Below are positions 12,360-32,024 of a stretch of 64,000 bases of DNA, in pieces. The position numbers and the translations under genes are program-made. Source of the DNA: the human T2T-CHM13v2.0 reference genome, Homo sapiens; assembly GCF_009914755.1 (NCBI RefSeq), contig NC_060947.1; one strand, written 5' to 3'. The stretch's first letter is position 1. Every line of letters begins with the position of its first letter. Under the pieces are notes generated by a model. The model did not search any database, had not been told where the DNA came from, and was given only the letters and a program-made list of their open reading frames with translations.

Positions 12360-12779
12360 TCATGTTTTATTCTTTATATAATTTATATTAACCTCATTTA
12401 AAAGTGAACTACATGAACCTTTCAGTGGAAATTTAGGTTGTTCTGAAAGATTTCCTATGTGAGGCTCCAGAAAAATATTTGTCAAGGAAGGGAGGCAGAG
12501 TCTCCTCCTGCCCCTCCGATATGGCCCTAGTCCCCTCATGTGGGCTGTCATGCATCTATGAAGCAGGGGCATGTGGAGCAGAAGAGTCATCAGAGCCAAA
12601 AGGGTAGTCAGAGAGACCTTGGAGAAAGACATTCTGGAGGTTAGTCTCACAAATGTTGTTCAAAAGTTTTAGTGAATTTGATTTTATCTTTTGGTCGGTA
12701 GAAATAGACATACTGGTTATATATTGCTTCAATGGCTACAAATAATAATAACAGTTGATATTGCTAATTGCCAGATACA

Positions 12780-14700
12780 GGACTATAATATACATTGGAG
12801 ATATAACAGTGAATAAAATTGTCTTGGTCCCTGCCCTCACAGAGTTAATAGTTTCGTGGGGAAGACATGCCCACCCCCAAAGGGAAAATACAAAATATTT
12901 GCAAGTTATGATAAGTGGAGTGAGGAAAACACATGAGGTGTTGAAATAGGGAAAAATGGGGGCCAACTTTAGATAAAGTGTTCAAAGGAGGCCTTTCTGA
13001 GGAAGTGACATGTGATCAGGGACCTGAATGAAGTGAGAGAGCCAGCTCTGGGAAGAATTAGGGCAGAGATGGAGGGAGGTGGAGGAAATTGTCCCTGCAA
13101 AAGCCCGAGATGTGTGTGAAGAATGGAAAAAAAAAAAAGACCAGGGTGACAGGAGTGGAGTAAGAAAGGAGAGAGTGTGGTACAAGAGAAGTCTGGAGAG
13201 GTAGGCAGGGGCCAGGTGGTGCAGGGGCCTTATGGGTCACATTGGGAGTTGAGATTTCATATTCTAAGCGACATTGTGAGCCATGGAAGGATTTTACGTG
13301 TGATCCAACTTGCATCTGATAAGATCACAAAAGCTGTTCTGTAGAGGACACATTGGAGAAAGGGAAGAATGAAAACAAAGAGGCAAGAAGCATGAGAGGA
13401 TGATAGCCTGGATTAGGTGGCAACAGCAGAGACAGGGGTATTTGAGATCTATGTAGGAGGGTTAGCTCTTAGGACTTGGTAATGGATTAAATAGGAATGG
13501 CAAAGAAATGGGAAGAATCCAGGTTATCTCCTAGGTTTCATGTTTCAACAAATGGATAGGAGAATATAACTGTTTTGGCCATGTCAATTCTGAGGTGCCT
13601 ATAAGACATCCAAGTGGATATACCTTTTAAACAGTTGTATATGTAAGTGAAGAAAGTCTGGGTAAACATTTGGGATGTATATTAGTCCTGTACATAAGTG
13701 GTATTTAAGGCCATTGGATGTGATCACCTAGTCAGAGGACGTAGACATAGAAGAGAGGAGAGCTGCAGAAAGAGGCCTGGAGGGTGTCAATATTTAGAGA
13801 CTGGGGACATGAGGAACAAACGGAGGAGACTGAAAAGGTGTAGCCAGTGTGATAAGAGAAGAACCAGGGCAGTGTGGTACATAACAGAAGCTAAAAGAGG
13901 TGAATGTTTCAAAACAGAAGGAGTGATCAACTGTGTTAAAGGCTGTGGAGAGATCAAATAAGAGAAGGTCAAATAAGAAGAAATTCCTATTGGATGTGGC
14001 ATCAGAGATTTTTGTAGACGTGTTAAGAGCAGTTTTCATTATGTGATGTGGACAGGAGCCAGATTGAAGTGGGCTGAAGAGTGAACCAGAGATGAGAAAG
14101 TGGAGATAGTAAATTCGAGGAGCTTCTTAGAGAAATTTAACATTGAAATGATAAAGAGAAAAAAGATGTTAGCTAAAGAGATTAATGGGGTTTGAGAAGG
14201 TCTTTTTTTAAGAGGCAAATATTAGAGCCTCTTTGCATGATAATGGGAATGATCCAATATAGGAGGATGAAGGTAACTTGAGGGGTGAAGTCATTGAGAA
14301 GACAGAAGGGACATGTAGAAGCATTGAGCTTTCATAAGAACAGGGGCTGTTCTGCCATTGAAAGTATAGAAAAGAAAGCTAATAAGGACACAGATGCAAA
14401 TTGATTTTCAGGCTTGCTTGTGAGGAGACTAAAAAGTACTAATCTAATGATTTCTATTTTCTCAATCAACTGTGGAGCAAGACAGCAAGAGTGTGGGATA
14501 TTTAAAGAGAGTGAGAAAGTATGAAGAAGTCTTCTTGGGCATTGGGAAAGCAAAGCCTGATAGTAGACAAACATAAGTAGGATTTCTGGGTGGTGATCTG
14601 AAGTCTGAGCTCATGAATTTCAAGTGCGAACTCTCAGTTGGGTTGTGCAATTTTCATCAGTGATGTTAGCTTAGTGTAATGTGCAGAGAAGGCAAATGGG
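12780..14700 (-). mobile_element. Long L2 fragment
   Basis: gatataacagtgaataaaattgtcttggtccctgccctcac...ggaggcctttctgaggaagtgac...gaggtgcctataagacatccaagtggat...gagtgatcaactgtgttaaa. A degenerate RT-like peptide (DLSTAFNTVDHS) appears in the minus-strand ORF 13794-14039. Confidence 0.8.
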
Positions 14701-15198
14701 GACGCTTATCTAGGGGTGAGGTTGTGGCAAGTGAGTATGAAGGATAGAGAATAAGGAAAAGGAGTCAAGGGTGGGCAAGACCCATTGAGAATAGGTTGAG
14801 GCTGTGGGTTTCCTACATTTTCAAAGTTTGAAAAGAAGCTGAAAAGTCTCAGTCTGGTCCTGATGAATGACATACTTTCACTTGAAAACTTTGGTTTCTC
14901 AATCCTAACAAAGTGACCCCCAAATGCAATTGTTGAGAAATCTGATAACTTACTCATTAGAAATTGAGTAAACTGCCCGTCACAAGTTGAATAAATTCTG
15001 TTGTGGCTGCAATAGAATTTACTCTGTATCCAGAGCATTTCTTGGATGCAGTTTCATGAGTTTCTGTCTTCCCTTCCTCTGAGGTTGAGGACTCTGGTAT
15101 CTGACATCCCACAGGTGTTCATCTGGACCCTGGAGGAGACTTACAGCCTTCCATAGGGGCCTAACTGGCTTTCATTAACCATGTAACTTCTCCTTTAG

Positions 15199-15287
15199 CT
15201 CTTTCAGAGTTAGAGACACCTGGGAAATACTCACTTACACCACCAAACCACTGGGGCCACCCACATCGATACCTGCAGCATCTTTAG
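15199..15287 (+). CDS. VGLL1: VGLL1 last coding exon (coding part)
   Basis: Acceptor cttctcctttag. Encodes (T)LSELETPGKYSLTPPNHWGHPHRYLQHL then TAG at 15285-15287, matching the VGLL1 C-terminus. Confidence 0.96.
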
Positions 15288-15550
15288 TCAAGTTGGAGGA
15301 GAAAGACAACACTTGGTCTAAGACACGGCAGCAAGACATCCCTGCATATTGTTCCAGATAAAAATGAAAGCTGCTCACACCCACTTGCCTCCCCAATCTG
15401 TTAAACAGCTTCGTGTCTAGTATGAGCTCAGTACTTGCCCTGTGAAAATCCCAGAAGCCCCCGCTGTCAATGTTCCCCATCCACACCCTGCTTGCTCCTG
15501 TGTAACAGCTCAGATGATGAATAATAATAAAACTGTACTTTTTTGGATGG
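15288..15550 (+). other. VGLL1: VGLL1 3' UTR (end approximate)
   Basis: Region between the stop codon and ~20 nt past AATAAA. The cleavage site is inferred. Confidence 0.75.
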
Positions 15551-15750
15551 TGCTATGCCGGGTTCTAATTTCTTTCACATCCATCATTTCATTCAAATTT
15601 TCCAGCAACCCTAATATTGGCATTATTATCTTCATTTAATATATGTGGACACTGAGGCTTAGAGAAGCGAAATGACCTGCCTAAGATCACATGACCAGTA
15701 TCAGGGCCAACACTGAAATCCAGGCCTCTGAACTCAGTGGTCTTTTCTCA
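15520..15750 (-). mobile_element. MIR overlapping the VGLL1 poly(A) site
   Basis: ggacactgaggcttagagaagcgaaatgacctgcctaagatcacat core; degenerate 3' end with (AAT)n at 15520-15530. Confidence 0.7.
15526..15531 (+). terminator. VGLL1 polyadenylation signal
   Basis: First AATAAA after the stop codon, with upstream TGTA (15502-15505) and T/GT-rich sequence downstream. Confidence 0.8.
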
Positions 15751-17379
15751 CCACTGGAATACTTAATATCAGGATATTAAGTTAATGTCAGGATGGCTCT
15801 TAGATATTTTCCCCTCCCATCTGCTATGTAAATAAAGAGCACAACTCTTCTATGAGTGGATTGGCGATCTTGGCATTAATACAGTAATTCTCCTGTCTCA
15901 AGAACAGTTTTTCCAGTGTATTACATATGTTTCCTAGATTCAGTAAGAGGAAAAAAGGCTTAAGGAGTACATTTTCTTTCAAAGTTATTTACTTTCAAAA
16001 TCCATGTTCTTCTTTAGGTGATGGTTGGAAAAATTCAGGGTGGAGGCTGATTCTAGAGCACTTGTAGCACATAATTATAGAAGTGTGTGTTTATCTTGGC
16101 TGACTCTAGAAAGATTCATCTGTGTTAGAAGATAATATATACCATTAGAAGTGAACTCTTAACATGCAGTTTAGGGAAAAGAAGAAATGATTCCAATAGA
16201 ATTGGCATATTATGTAGGTTGGATGATCTAATAACATTTCCCTGCAAACCCCTGGAAGCTCTCTCTTGAATAAAACTGAAGGCAGTAATAATTTTTCTAC
16301 TTTAATAAAGAGGAAAGAAAAGACTCCCTGTTCCTAAGAGACAAACGCTCGCTCCTCTGACATAAGCAGGTAAATTCCTGCTCACATCAACTGATACTAA
16401 TCTCAGACTCAGATTTCTGGCTTTTCATATCTATCTTGTTTTTCCTTTCCCACCTTACTTCCAAAGAGCTAAGGGGAAAATTATTTCTTTGTATCACTTT
16501 GGCATTTTACTCTTGCAATTAAAAAAATACTCTCTCCCCTTGCAAACAAGGTGTATACCACCCTTTACACACAAAGGTGGGGTAATTGACCTCTGCGTGT
16601 TGTCCGTGTGACTTCATCTACATGCTAGTTAATAATCTTGTGAGATGCTAACTTGGGCAGAGAGTAGGGGAGGTGGGATTTTTTTTTCCACCAGGTCAAT
16701 CAAGGTCTTGAAACTGTGGAAAGTCAGGGCCCCATAGGACTAGAGCCTGTAAACCTCATTCACCTCTTTCTCTATAGTTTTGAGAAATTTACAAGTGGCC
16801 CGACTGGCTTTGACTTAGCAGCTGCCTCTGCCCTCCACATCACCCACCCATCACACCCCCAACACGCACCCATTCCTGACTTTACAATCTGGAAAAATTG
16901 AAATTGCTTCAAATGGACTGGACACTCACATACTCAAATGATGCCTGTCTCTGAAAAAGCAAAAAGGTGGCAATTCCCTTTTTCTGTTAGCAAAGATTAT
17001 CCTTTAAAAATCTCAGCTAAGACTGTTGTTTGCAGATCCAAATGAGACTTGTGTTTAAGAACATTTCCATTCTAAAAATCAGTGATCATGTTCAACACTG
17101 AAAATAAAATCACTCCTCCACAAATAAATGCTAAATAGAATATGTTATTTTTTTCTATGTAAACAATGAACACTGACCTTTCCCTAATTATTTCCCTAGC
17201 TTAACATAATTAATTGAAAATAATTTTGTAAACCATTTGTGTATACAATGGTTTCTTTCAATTAATTTAATGTGTAAGATTTTAAAATAGCATGTTAGTA
17301 TGAATTTTTATAGATTAGTGATTATAGAAATGAACTAGGCTATAGCATTCTCATAAGGATTACAGTTTTATCACTATTT

Positions 17380-24563
<7,184 letters not shown>

Positions 24564-24574
24564 TATCACTATTT

Positions 24575-25191
24575 GTTTTCTGTTTTTATTTAGATTCAAT
24601 GGGTACATGTCCAGATTTGTTAAATGGGTATATTGCATGATTTTGAGGCTTGGGCCTCTAATGATTCCATTGCTCAAGTAGTGAACATAGCACCTGATAG
24701 GTAGTTTTTCAACCCTTGTTCCTCTCCCTCCTTTCCCTTCTTTGGAATACTCAGTTTTTATTGTTCCTACCTTTGTGTCTGTGTGTAGCCAACATTTAGT
24801 TCCCAGTTATAAGTAAGAACATGCCATATTTGGTTTTCTGTTCCTGATAATGGGATAATGGTTTCCAGCTGAATTCATGTTGCTGCATAGGACATGATTT
24901 CATTACTTTTTATGGCTGTGTAGTATTCCATGGTTTATATGTACCATATTTTCTTTATCCAATCCACTGTTGATGGGTACCTGGATTGATTTCATGTCTT
25001 TGGTATTGTGAATAGTGTTTGGATGAACATATGGGTGCATGTGTCTTTTTGGTAGAACGATTTATTTTCCTTTGGGTATATATCCAGTAATGGGATTGCT
25101 GGGTCGAATGGTAGTTCAACCCTTAGTTCTTAGAGAAATCTCCAAACTGCTCTCCACAGTGGCTGACCTAATTTACATTCCCACAAACAGT
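24575..25191 (-). mobile_element. L1PA15/16-like 3' fragment
   Basis: gggtacatgtccagatttgttaaatgggtatattgcatga...aagtagtgaacatagcacctgataggtag...ctccaaactgctctccacagtggctg. Confidence 0.8.
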
Positions 25192-25694
25192 AAAGACATA
25201 CACAAACAGTGTATGTATTTATATATTTATAAATTGTCTCAAAGTTCTACTCAAATACGTTTAGTTATATTATTCTTCATTTTAAAGATTCTGTATGCTT
25301 AGGAGTAAGTCAATGAGCCTATTTATTATATTTACAGCAGTTATACTTACCTTTTAGTTGAAAGCTGTGACCTTCCACTAATCTTTAAAGATGAGAAGCC
25401 TTTTCCTAATGCTACTGAGAACCTGGACTGAGAGTTAGGACAGCTGGGTTCTGGCTCTGGCTCTTCCACTAGCTAGCTGTGTCATCTTGAATCAGTCACA
25501 GCCCCTCTTCCCTGTTTCTCCAAGTCTCAGTTTCTGTATGTATAAAATAAGTTGATTCCTAAGGTCATTTTCAACTATGTGAGCCTGTATTTTGAAATAA
25601 ATGTTGTAGATATGAGAAAACCCATCAACAGTTGCCATATTGTGTCTCGAAGAAGAAGACAGGGTCTGGATAACTGAGGAGCAGAAGAGAGAAC

Positions 25695-26096
25695 TGTGGC
25701 AGCCATTGAGGGCGCTGCCAGGAACTCCCTTCAAGAAAGAATTCGCCATTCAGTTGCAAGAAGTGTCGTTAGTTGAGTACTTCCACCTATTAGCACCTTA
25801 GGATCTGTTTCAGCTATGCTGTTTGTGGGCTTTCCCAGCCAATGGTTGAGCATTATATGGGTACTAGGGCCTGGCCATTTCTGCCCCAATGTGGGACTGC
25901 TCCAAGGGGCAATATTTGTTCCAGAACCCCTACTAATTTGGCTGAACTTTTGTCAGATCTGCATCTTGGTCTGAGTCTCTCCCTGCTCAATTCTTCTTCT
26001 TCCTTTTTTCTTTTGCAGGTGTTACTTACCAGGCCCCATAAACCCCTCACACCTTTAACTCCTCAGCTCCTGCTTTCTGGAGGACCTGCTGATACA
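25695..26096 (+). mobile_element. LTR16-type ERVL solo LTR
   Basis: Starts tgtggcagccattgagggcgctgccaggaactcccttcaag, ends ggaggacctgctgataca; TG...CA termini. Confidence 0.7.
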
Positions 26097-26569
26097 AGGA
26101 TATAGCAGCACTTTAAGAGAAAATATAAAGGGAGAAATCCCAAGACTTATTGAATAGATGGTGATTAGACTAGTCTGGCTTAAGCAGAGTATTTGGGTTG
26201 ATGAACAGTTGAAAATTAAGCTGGCAAGATAGATTAAGCTCAAATTGATGGGTTGAATGACAGTGTCACTTAGGAGGCAGAGTTAAGGTTGGTGCCAGAT
26301 TGGAGCCCTGGGCCAGCCCTAGACACATCTTTAATCACCTACCAAGATCATCTTCCAGACCAGCAAGTGACTGTCTCCATATCAAGAGATGGTTACTGTT
26401 GCAGACCTATGTGGTCTATATCAGTGGTTCCCCAAATCCCCACTAGACACATCAGTATCACCTGGGGAGCTTGTTGAAAATAAATGCCCCCTGACTCTTC
26501 CCTAGACTACTGAATCAGCATCTCTGTGACCACCCCCTACTCCTGCCATTAGTCACATGTGCAACCAGT

Positions 26570-27062
26570 TGTATCAGTTTTCTAACCTGCTCTAACAAAT
26601 TACCACAACCTTGGTGGCTTAAAGCAACACATATTTATTATCTTACAATTCTGGAGATCAGAAATCCTCCTACATGAATCTCACTGAGCTAAAATCAAGG
26701 TGACCTCAAGGCTGCATTTCTTCTGGATCCTCTAGGGAGGATTTGTTTCATTACCTTTTCCAGCTTCTAGAGGCTGCCCACATTCCTTGTCTCATGGCCT
26801 CCGGCCTCCATCTTCAAAGCCAGAAACGTGCATCTCATTCTTCCATAATCACACCTCCCTAGGAATCACTTATTTTGCCTTCCTCACCCATTTTTTAAAA
26901 ACCCTTGTAATTACATTGGGCCCCAGAAGATCCTTCTGTTTTAAAGTCAGCAACCTTAATTCCATTTGCACTCTTGGTTCATCTTGCCATGTAACATAAC
27001 ATATTCACGGGTTTTGGGGGGATTAGGATATAGAAATCATTTGGGCTATTCTGCCTACCATA
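26570..27062 (-). mobile_element. MLT1 (C/D-like) MaLR LTR, preceded by a MER5-like fragment (~26420-26570)
   Basis: tgtatcagttttc...aacaaattaccacaaccttggtggcttaaagcaacac...ctattctgcctaccata. Confidence 0.8.
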
Positions 27063-27189
27063 TCAGGTTTGGAAACCAGCAATCTATGTGGTATAAATGT
27101 TTCTTCCCAAGGCTATCATATCTGAAGACATTTGCTCAGCCAATCTGCATAAATGTATTGACAACCTTTTCCTTTAAATGAAGTGACTA

Positions 27190-27780
27190 CTCTTAAAAGT
27201 ACACATGCCCTTTGAGCTGACAACTTCACCTCTACAGATGTATCTAAAGAAAATAAATTTGACAAATGCACAAAGATTTAAATACACAGATGTTCAACAC
27301 TGCAGTGTTTATAATAGTGAAAAATCAAGAACAACGTGAATGTCTAACAGCAGGGCATTCATTAAACAAACTATGTTTCATCCCTCTGATATAATATACA
27401 GCCATTAAAAATGATGCTAGAGATCTGTATTTATTCATTAAAATGCAGATTAAGTATAAAAAGTTATATACACATATACTGCACACGCACATGCACTTTA
27501 AGCTCATTGTAAAAATATATATATATAATTTGAATAGGTATAATTATTTATTACAGCATTGTTAGTAGCAGCAAAAAAACACTGTAAATGACCCCAATTT
27601 TTATCAAAAATAAATTGTCTAAATAAATTATGATACATCTATACAACTGAACACTATGGAGCAGGTAAAAAAAATCAGGTAGATTTGTATACACTGATAT
27701 GGAAAAACATCTAAGATATATCATTAATTGAGAAAAGCAAGTTATGAAAGTCTATTTAATATTACTGCATTTGTGTTTTT
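27190..27780 (+). mobile_element. L1ME-like fragments
   Basis: gatgttcaacactgcagtgtttataatagtgaaaaat...aaataaattatgatacatctatacaactgaacactatg. Confidence 0.6.
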
Positions 27781-28205
27781 TTTTAAAGGGAGATGTTAAT
27801 GTGTGTGTGTTTGTGTGTGTGTGGAGTTGTTGTTTTGTGCAATGCTGCACAATTCCAAGGGAGACCATTCACATTCTATCACATGATAGTCTGTGTGGCA
27901 AAGACTTTATGAAACACAGGGTGTATGTATGTATATGCATGCATGTACATATGTTTATGTGTGTATACATACACACCATATGTGTATACAGTATATGTGT
28001 ATAGGAAACTCATAGCTAATTCCAAAAAATCTGTTCACAGTGGTTTCCTTTGGGGAATGTGATTGGGGAGACTGTGTGTGTGTATGTATGTGTGTGTTTG
28101 TGTGGTGGTATTGGTCAGGGAAATTTTACTTTCACATTATATCCTTCTGTGCTGTTTAAAATTTTTTACAATCCTGTGTCACTTTCATGAGAATATATAT
28201 ATATA

Positions 28206-28207
<2 letters not shown>

Positions 28208-28254
<47 letters not shown>

Positions 28255-28532
28255 CAGAGTCTTTCTCTGTCGCCCAGGCTCGAGTGAAGTGGCACGATCT
28301 CGGCTTACTGCAACCTCCATCTCCTGGGTTCAAGTGATTCTCATCTAAGCCTCTGCAGTAGTTGGGATTACAGGCGCCCGCCACCACACCTGGCTAATTT
28401 TGTGTAGTTTTAGTAGAGACAGGGTTTCGTCATATTGCCCAGGCTGGTCTCGAACTCCTAAGCTCAGGCAATCCACCCACCTCAGCCACCCAAAGTGTTA
28501 GGATTAACAGGTGGGAACCACTGCACCCAGAC
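28208..28532 (-). mobile_element. AluS whose tail is a perfect (TG)~22 microsatellite (28208-28253)
   Basis: Alu body gacagagtctttctctgtcgcccagg...ctgcacccagac abutting (TG)n. Confidence 0.92.
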
Positions 28533-29135
28533 GAGAAAATCATTTAAATATGTATCTTATTCAGAAAATGTTTAGAAAAATGAGCAGTGGCTATCTCTAA
28601 GTAGTTGTAATAATTGTGAGGCAGTAAAATATGCTCCGTTCTCTCCACGTTTCTCTGATAACCCAGACCACTTCATTTTTCCTGTCCTGTTCCTTTTGTA
28701 ACACTGGAAGAGAATCATACACTCCTGGGGGCAGCTACAGCCTCAAGAGATTATCTAGGCCAGGCTGCTGCCTTCGTACAGATAAATTATTTAAATGATC
28801 CAGGAAAAATCATTGCCTATCAGGAAAATGTCAATAACTTTCTTTGGAAAATACTAACCAAATACTAATTACCTGTATTCAGTGATTATTTTCTTTCTTG
28901 ATTAGTTATAACTTTTGTAGAAATAAACTTGAATTAAAAAAATTTATTGAGTGTCCATTATGAAGTTATTTTCACATACATTGTCACAATTTAAACCTCA
29001 CAGTGACCCTGTGCAATTGGCTGATGAGGAAACTGAGGCCCAGGCCTCAAGGAGATGTGTATATACTGCTAAACTGGGGAGAGAAGATGGAACCAACATT
29101 TATTTAGCACCTACTATATACTAGTTACAGTATAA

Positions 29136-29699
<564 letters not shown>

Positions 29700-30165
29700 T
29701 GATATAATCCTGCAATCTTAAAAAAATCAATTTTTAAATTTCACAGATTACAGAATCCTGTATTTGAGGATCTCAAAACTTCTGCTCCTAAGCCTTGTGA
29801 GCAATGATGGTTACAAAAATAAACTCAACTCGGAGATTTTAGTTAACAAAAGATAAAAGCATTGCTATTTCAAAATCATTTTTTTGTCCCTGAGGTGGTG
29901 GGCAGGGAAAAAGACAGAGCTGTTTATTTTTGTGGTAATTACTGCTTTGGGTAAAAATACTGACCCGTATAGGAATGTCTGTGAGTGATCCCTTGATATA
30001 ACCATCAGAGTAGGGAAAGGAAAATGAGGAGCTGCTGTTTAATAAATATAGAGTTTCAGTTTTGCAAGATGAAAACGTTCTGGAGGTCTGTGTTGCATAA
30101 TAATGTGAATATCCTTAACACTACTTAACTTGACACTTAAAAATAGTTAAGATTGTAAAATGTAT

Positions 30166-30449
30166 TTTTTTTATTTTTTTTTTTAGGAACAGGGTCTTCT
30201 CTGTCACCCAGGCTAGAGTGCTGTGATGTGATCATGGCTTACTACAGCCTTGAACCCCTGGGCTCAAGCCATCCTCCTGCCTCAGCCTCCTGAGCTGCTG
30301 AGACTACAGGCATGGGTTACCACATCTGGCTAATTTTTTAGTTTTCTGTAGAGATGGGGTCTCACTATGTTGCCCAGACTGGTCTCAAATTCCTGGACTC
30401 AAGTGAACCTCCACCTCGGCTTCCCATAGTGATGGAATTACAGGCATGA
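30166..30449 (-). mobile_element. AluJ lacking its first ~16 nt
   Basis: agggtcttctctgtcacccaggctagagtg...ggaattacaggcatga. Confidence 0.9.
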
Positions 30450-30459
30450 TTTTTTTTTT

Positions 30460-30569
30460 AAAGACTAGTCAAGTGCAGTAGTGAGAAGGGATGGGTGGAA
30501 GTAGAACAAGGAGTTCGATCTGCAATTGTGAACAATCAATTGAGATAACCCACTACCTTCGGACGAGCC
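30460..30569 (-). pseudogene. Y RNA (hY1) retropseudogene
   Basis: Reverse complement reads ggctcgtccgaaggtagtgggttatctcaattgattgttcaca...gatcgaactccttgttctac...cttctcactactgcacttgactagtcttt followed by an A tract. Matches RNY1 with substitutions and a small deletion. Confidence 0.93.
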
Positions 30570-31479
30570 AAGATGGCAAATTTTATGTTATGTGTTTGTT
30601 ACCTCAATTTAAAATTAAAAACAAAATATATTAGAGATTTCTGGGAACTTTTAAACAATGTCCAAGAAAGAGAAATATGAGAAAGAGGGGTGATAAGCAT
30701 GTTATTTTCTTCATTTTAACAGTCTAAGTTTATTGCTTGCCCTTACCCTTGTAATAAATGAAGATCTAGAATCTTCAAATTTCAGACCTGAATCTATGTC
30801 AAGGTGAGGAATCAAGACACAGAGCTCATGGTTATAGCGAAGAGTAAGGGAGCTGACCATTTCTTTGCACCTATAATCTATATGTGAAACAATCCACAAT
30901 GACCTGAGCCCTGAAGGATTCTCTTAAAGAATTATTAACTTAAAAAATATTTACATGTCAGCTATATTTTGCCATACCACTAGATGGTACAAAAACCTAG
31001 TTTTCTGGTAATGATTCACTCATGTTGTGAAGGCAATGGTAGAGTATTTAATGTGAAATACTCTGAATATGTTCTTTGTGATGTTGAAAAGTAAAACATG
31101 TTGGAGTAACACCTGGAAAAAGTAGCATTACGCTCTCATTTTCTGTTAGTTTGCTTCCAGCTTGCTAATGACAGAAAAGGCACATTTGGGAAGATAGTTT
31201 ATACATGTCTTTTAAATCTCCCAACCCTTTGACTGGGATTTTGTATCTCAGATCTAGTTTTGATGGTGATATGTCTACTCTGTCTGGCTTAATCTCAGTA
31301 ACTTCTAGAATTGTTAAAATTATGGTAGAAACATCTCCAATTTTAGGTCACAAGTGCTTGATACTTTGAGAATATATTGGCTTTTCTGAAAAGAGAAATG
31401 CTTTGAAGTTCCAAAAGAGGATGTAGCAGTATTTTGTTTAGATAAAGATCAAAAACAGGTTAAACAAATCCGTGTGTTA

Positions 31480-31960
31480 AACATCAAGGTTCTAAATGAA
31501 ATAAAACTAGAATTTTAAAGTAAAAACTAAAAAGACCCTTCAATCTGGAAGTTTTAAAAACTCTTGAGTGAAAGGGGGGAAAATCAGAAATTATAGATTT
31601 TCTGAAAAATAATGGTAATGAAAACACTACACATCAGAATTTATGGGATTTAAAGCAGTGGCCAGAGGAAAATTCATAGCCCTGGACATCTACAACAATT
31701 AAAGGAATAAAAACAAATGAATTAAATTCTCAACTCAAAAAAAAAAAACTGGAAAAAGAACAAGGCAAACCAAAAGAGAGTACAGCAAAGGACATAACCA
31801 AGATAAAAATAAAAGTGGAGGTTTCCTTTGGAGGGAGTGGGCAGTGGCTTGAAAGGAGGCCTTGGGGAGGAGTGCCTCGGCGGTGCTGGTAATGCTCTAT
31901 ATCCTGAGCTGGCTGTTGATTACACAATTGTTTTCACTTTCTCACAATCCACTGAGCTGG
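31480..31960 (+). mobile_element. Old L1M ORF2 fragment joined to an L1ME-like 3' piece
   Basis: gaaaacactacacatcagaatttatgggatt...agaggaaaattcatagccct; ggtgctggtaatgctctatatcctgagctgg. Confidence 0.65.
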
Positions 31961-32024
31961 AATTCACTCTCTCTAGAGAAAGAAAGTTTAAAAGGGCACA
32001 AATATTAAGTGGCCATCTCAGTGA

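Larger units (their letters stand above)
30000..30622 (+). mobile_element. L1MB-like 3' end interrupted by an Alu + Y RNA insert
   Basis: tatagagtttcagttttgcaagatgaaaacgttctggag...cacttaaaaatagttaag | aagatggcaaattttatgttatgtg. Confidence 0.8.

Noticed and set aside
30460-30569. Functional RNY1 gene
   Set aside because: It has substitutions, an internal deletion, an A tail and a TSD, and no upstream PSE/TATA context; it is a retrocopy.
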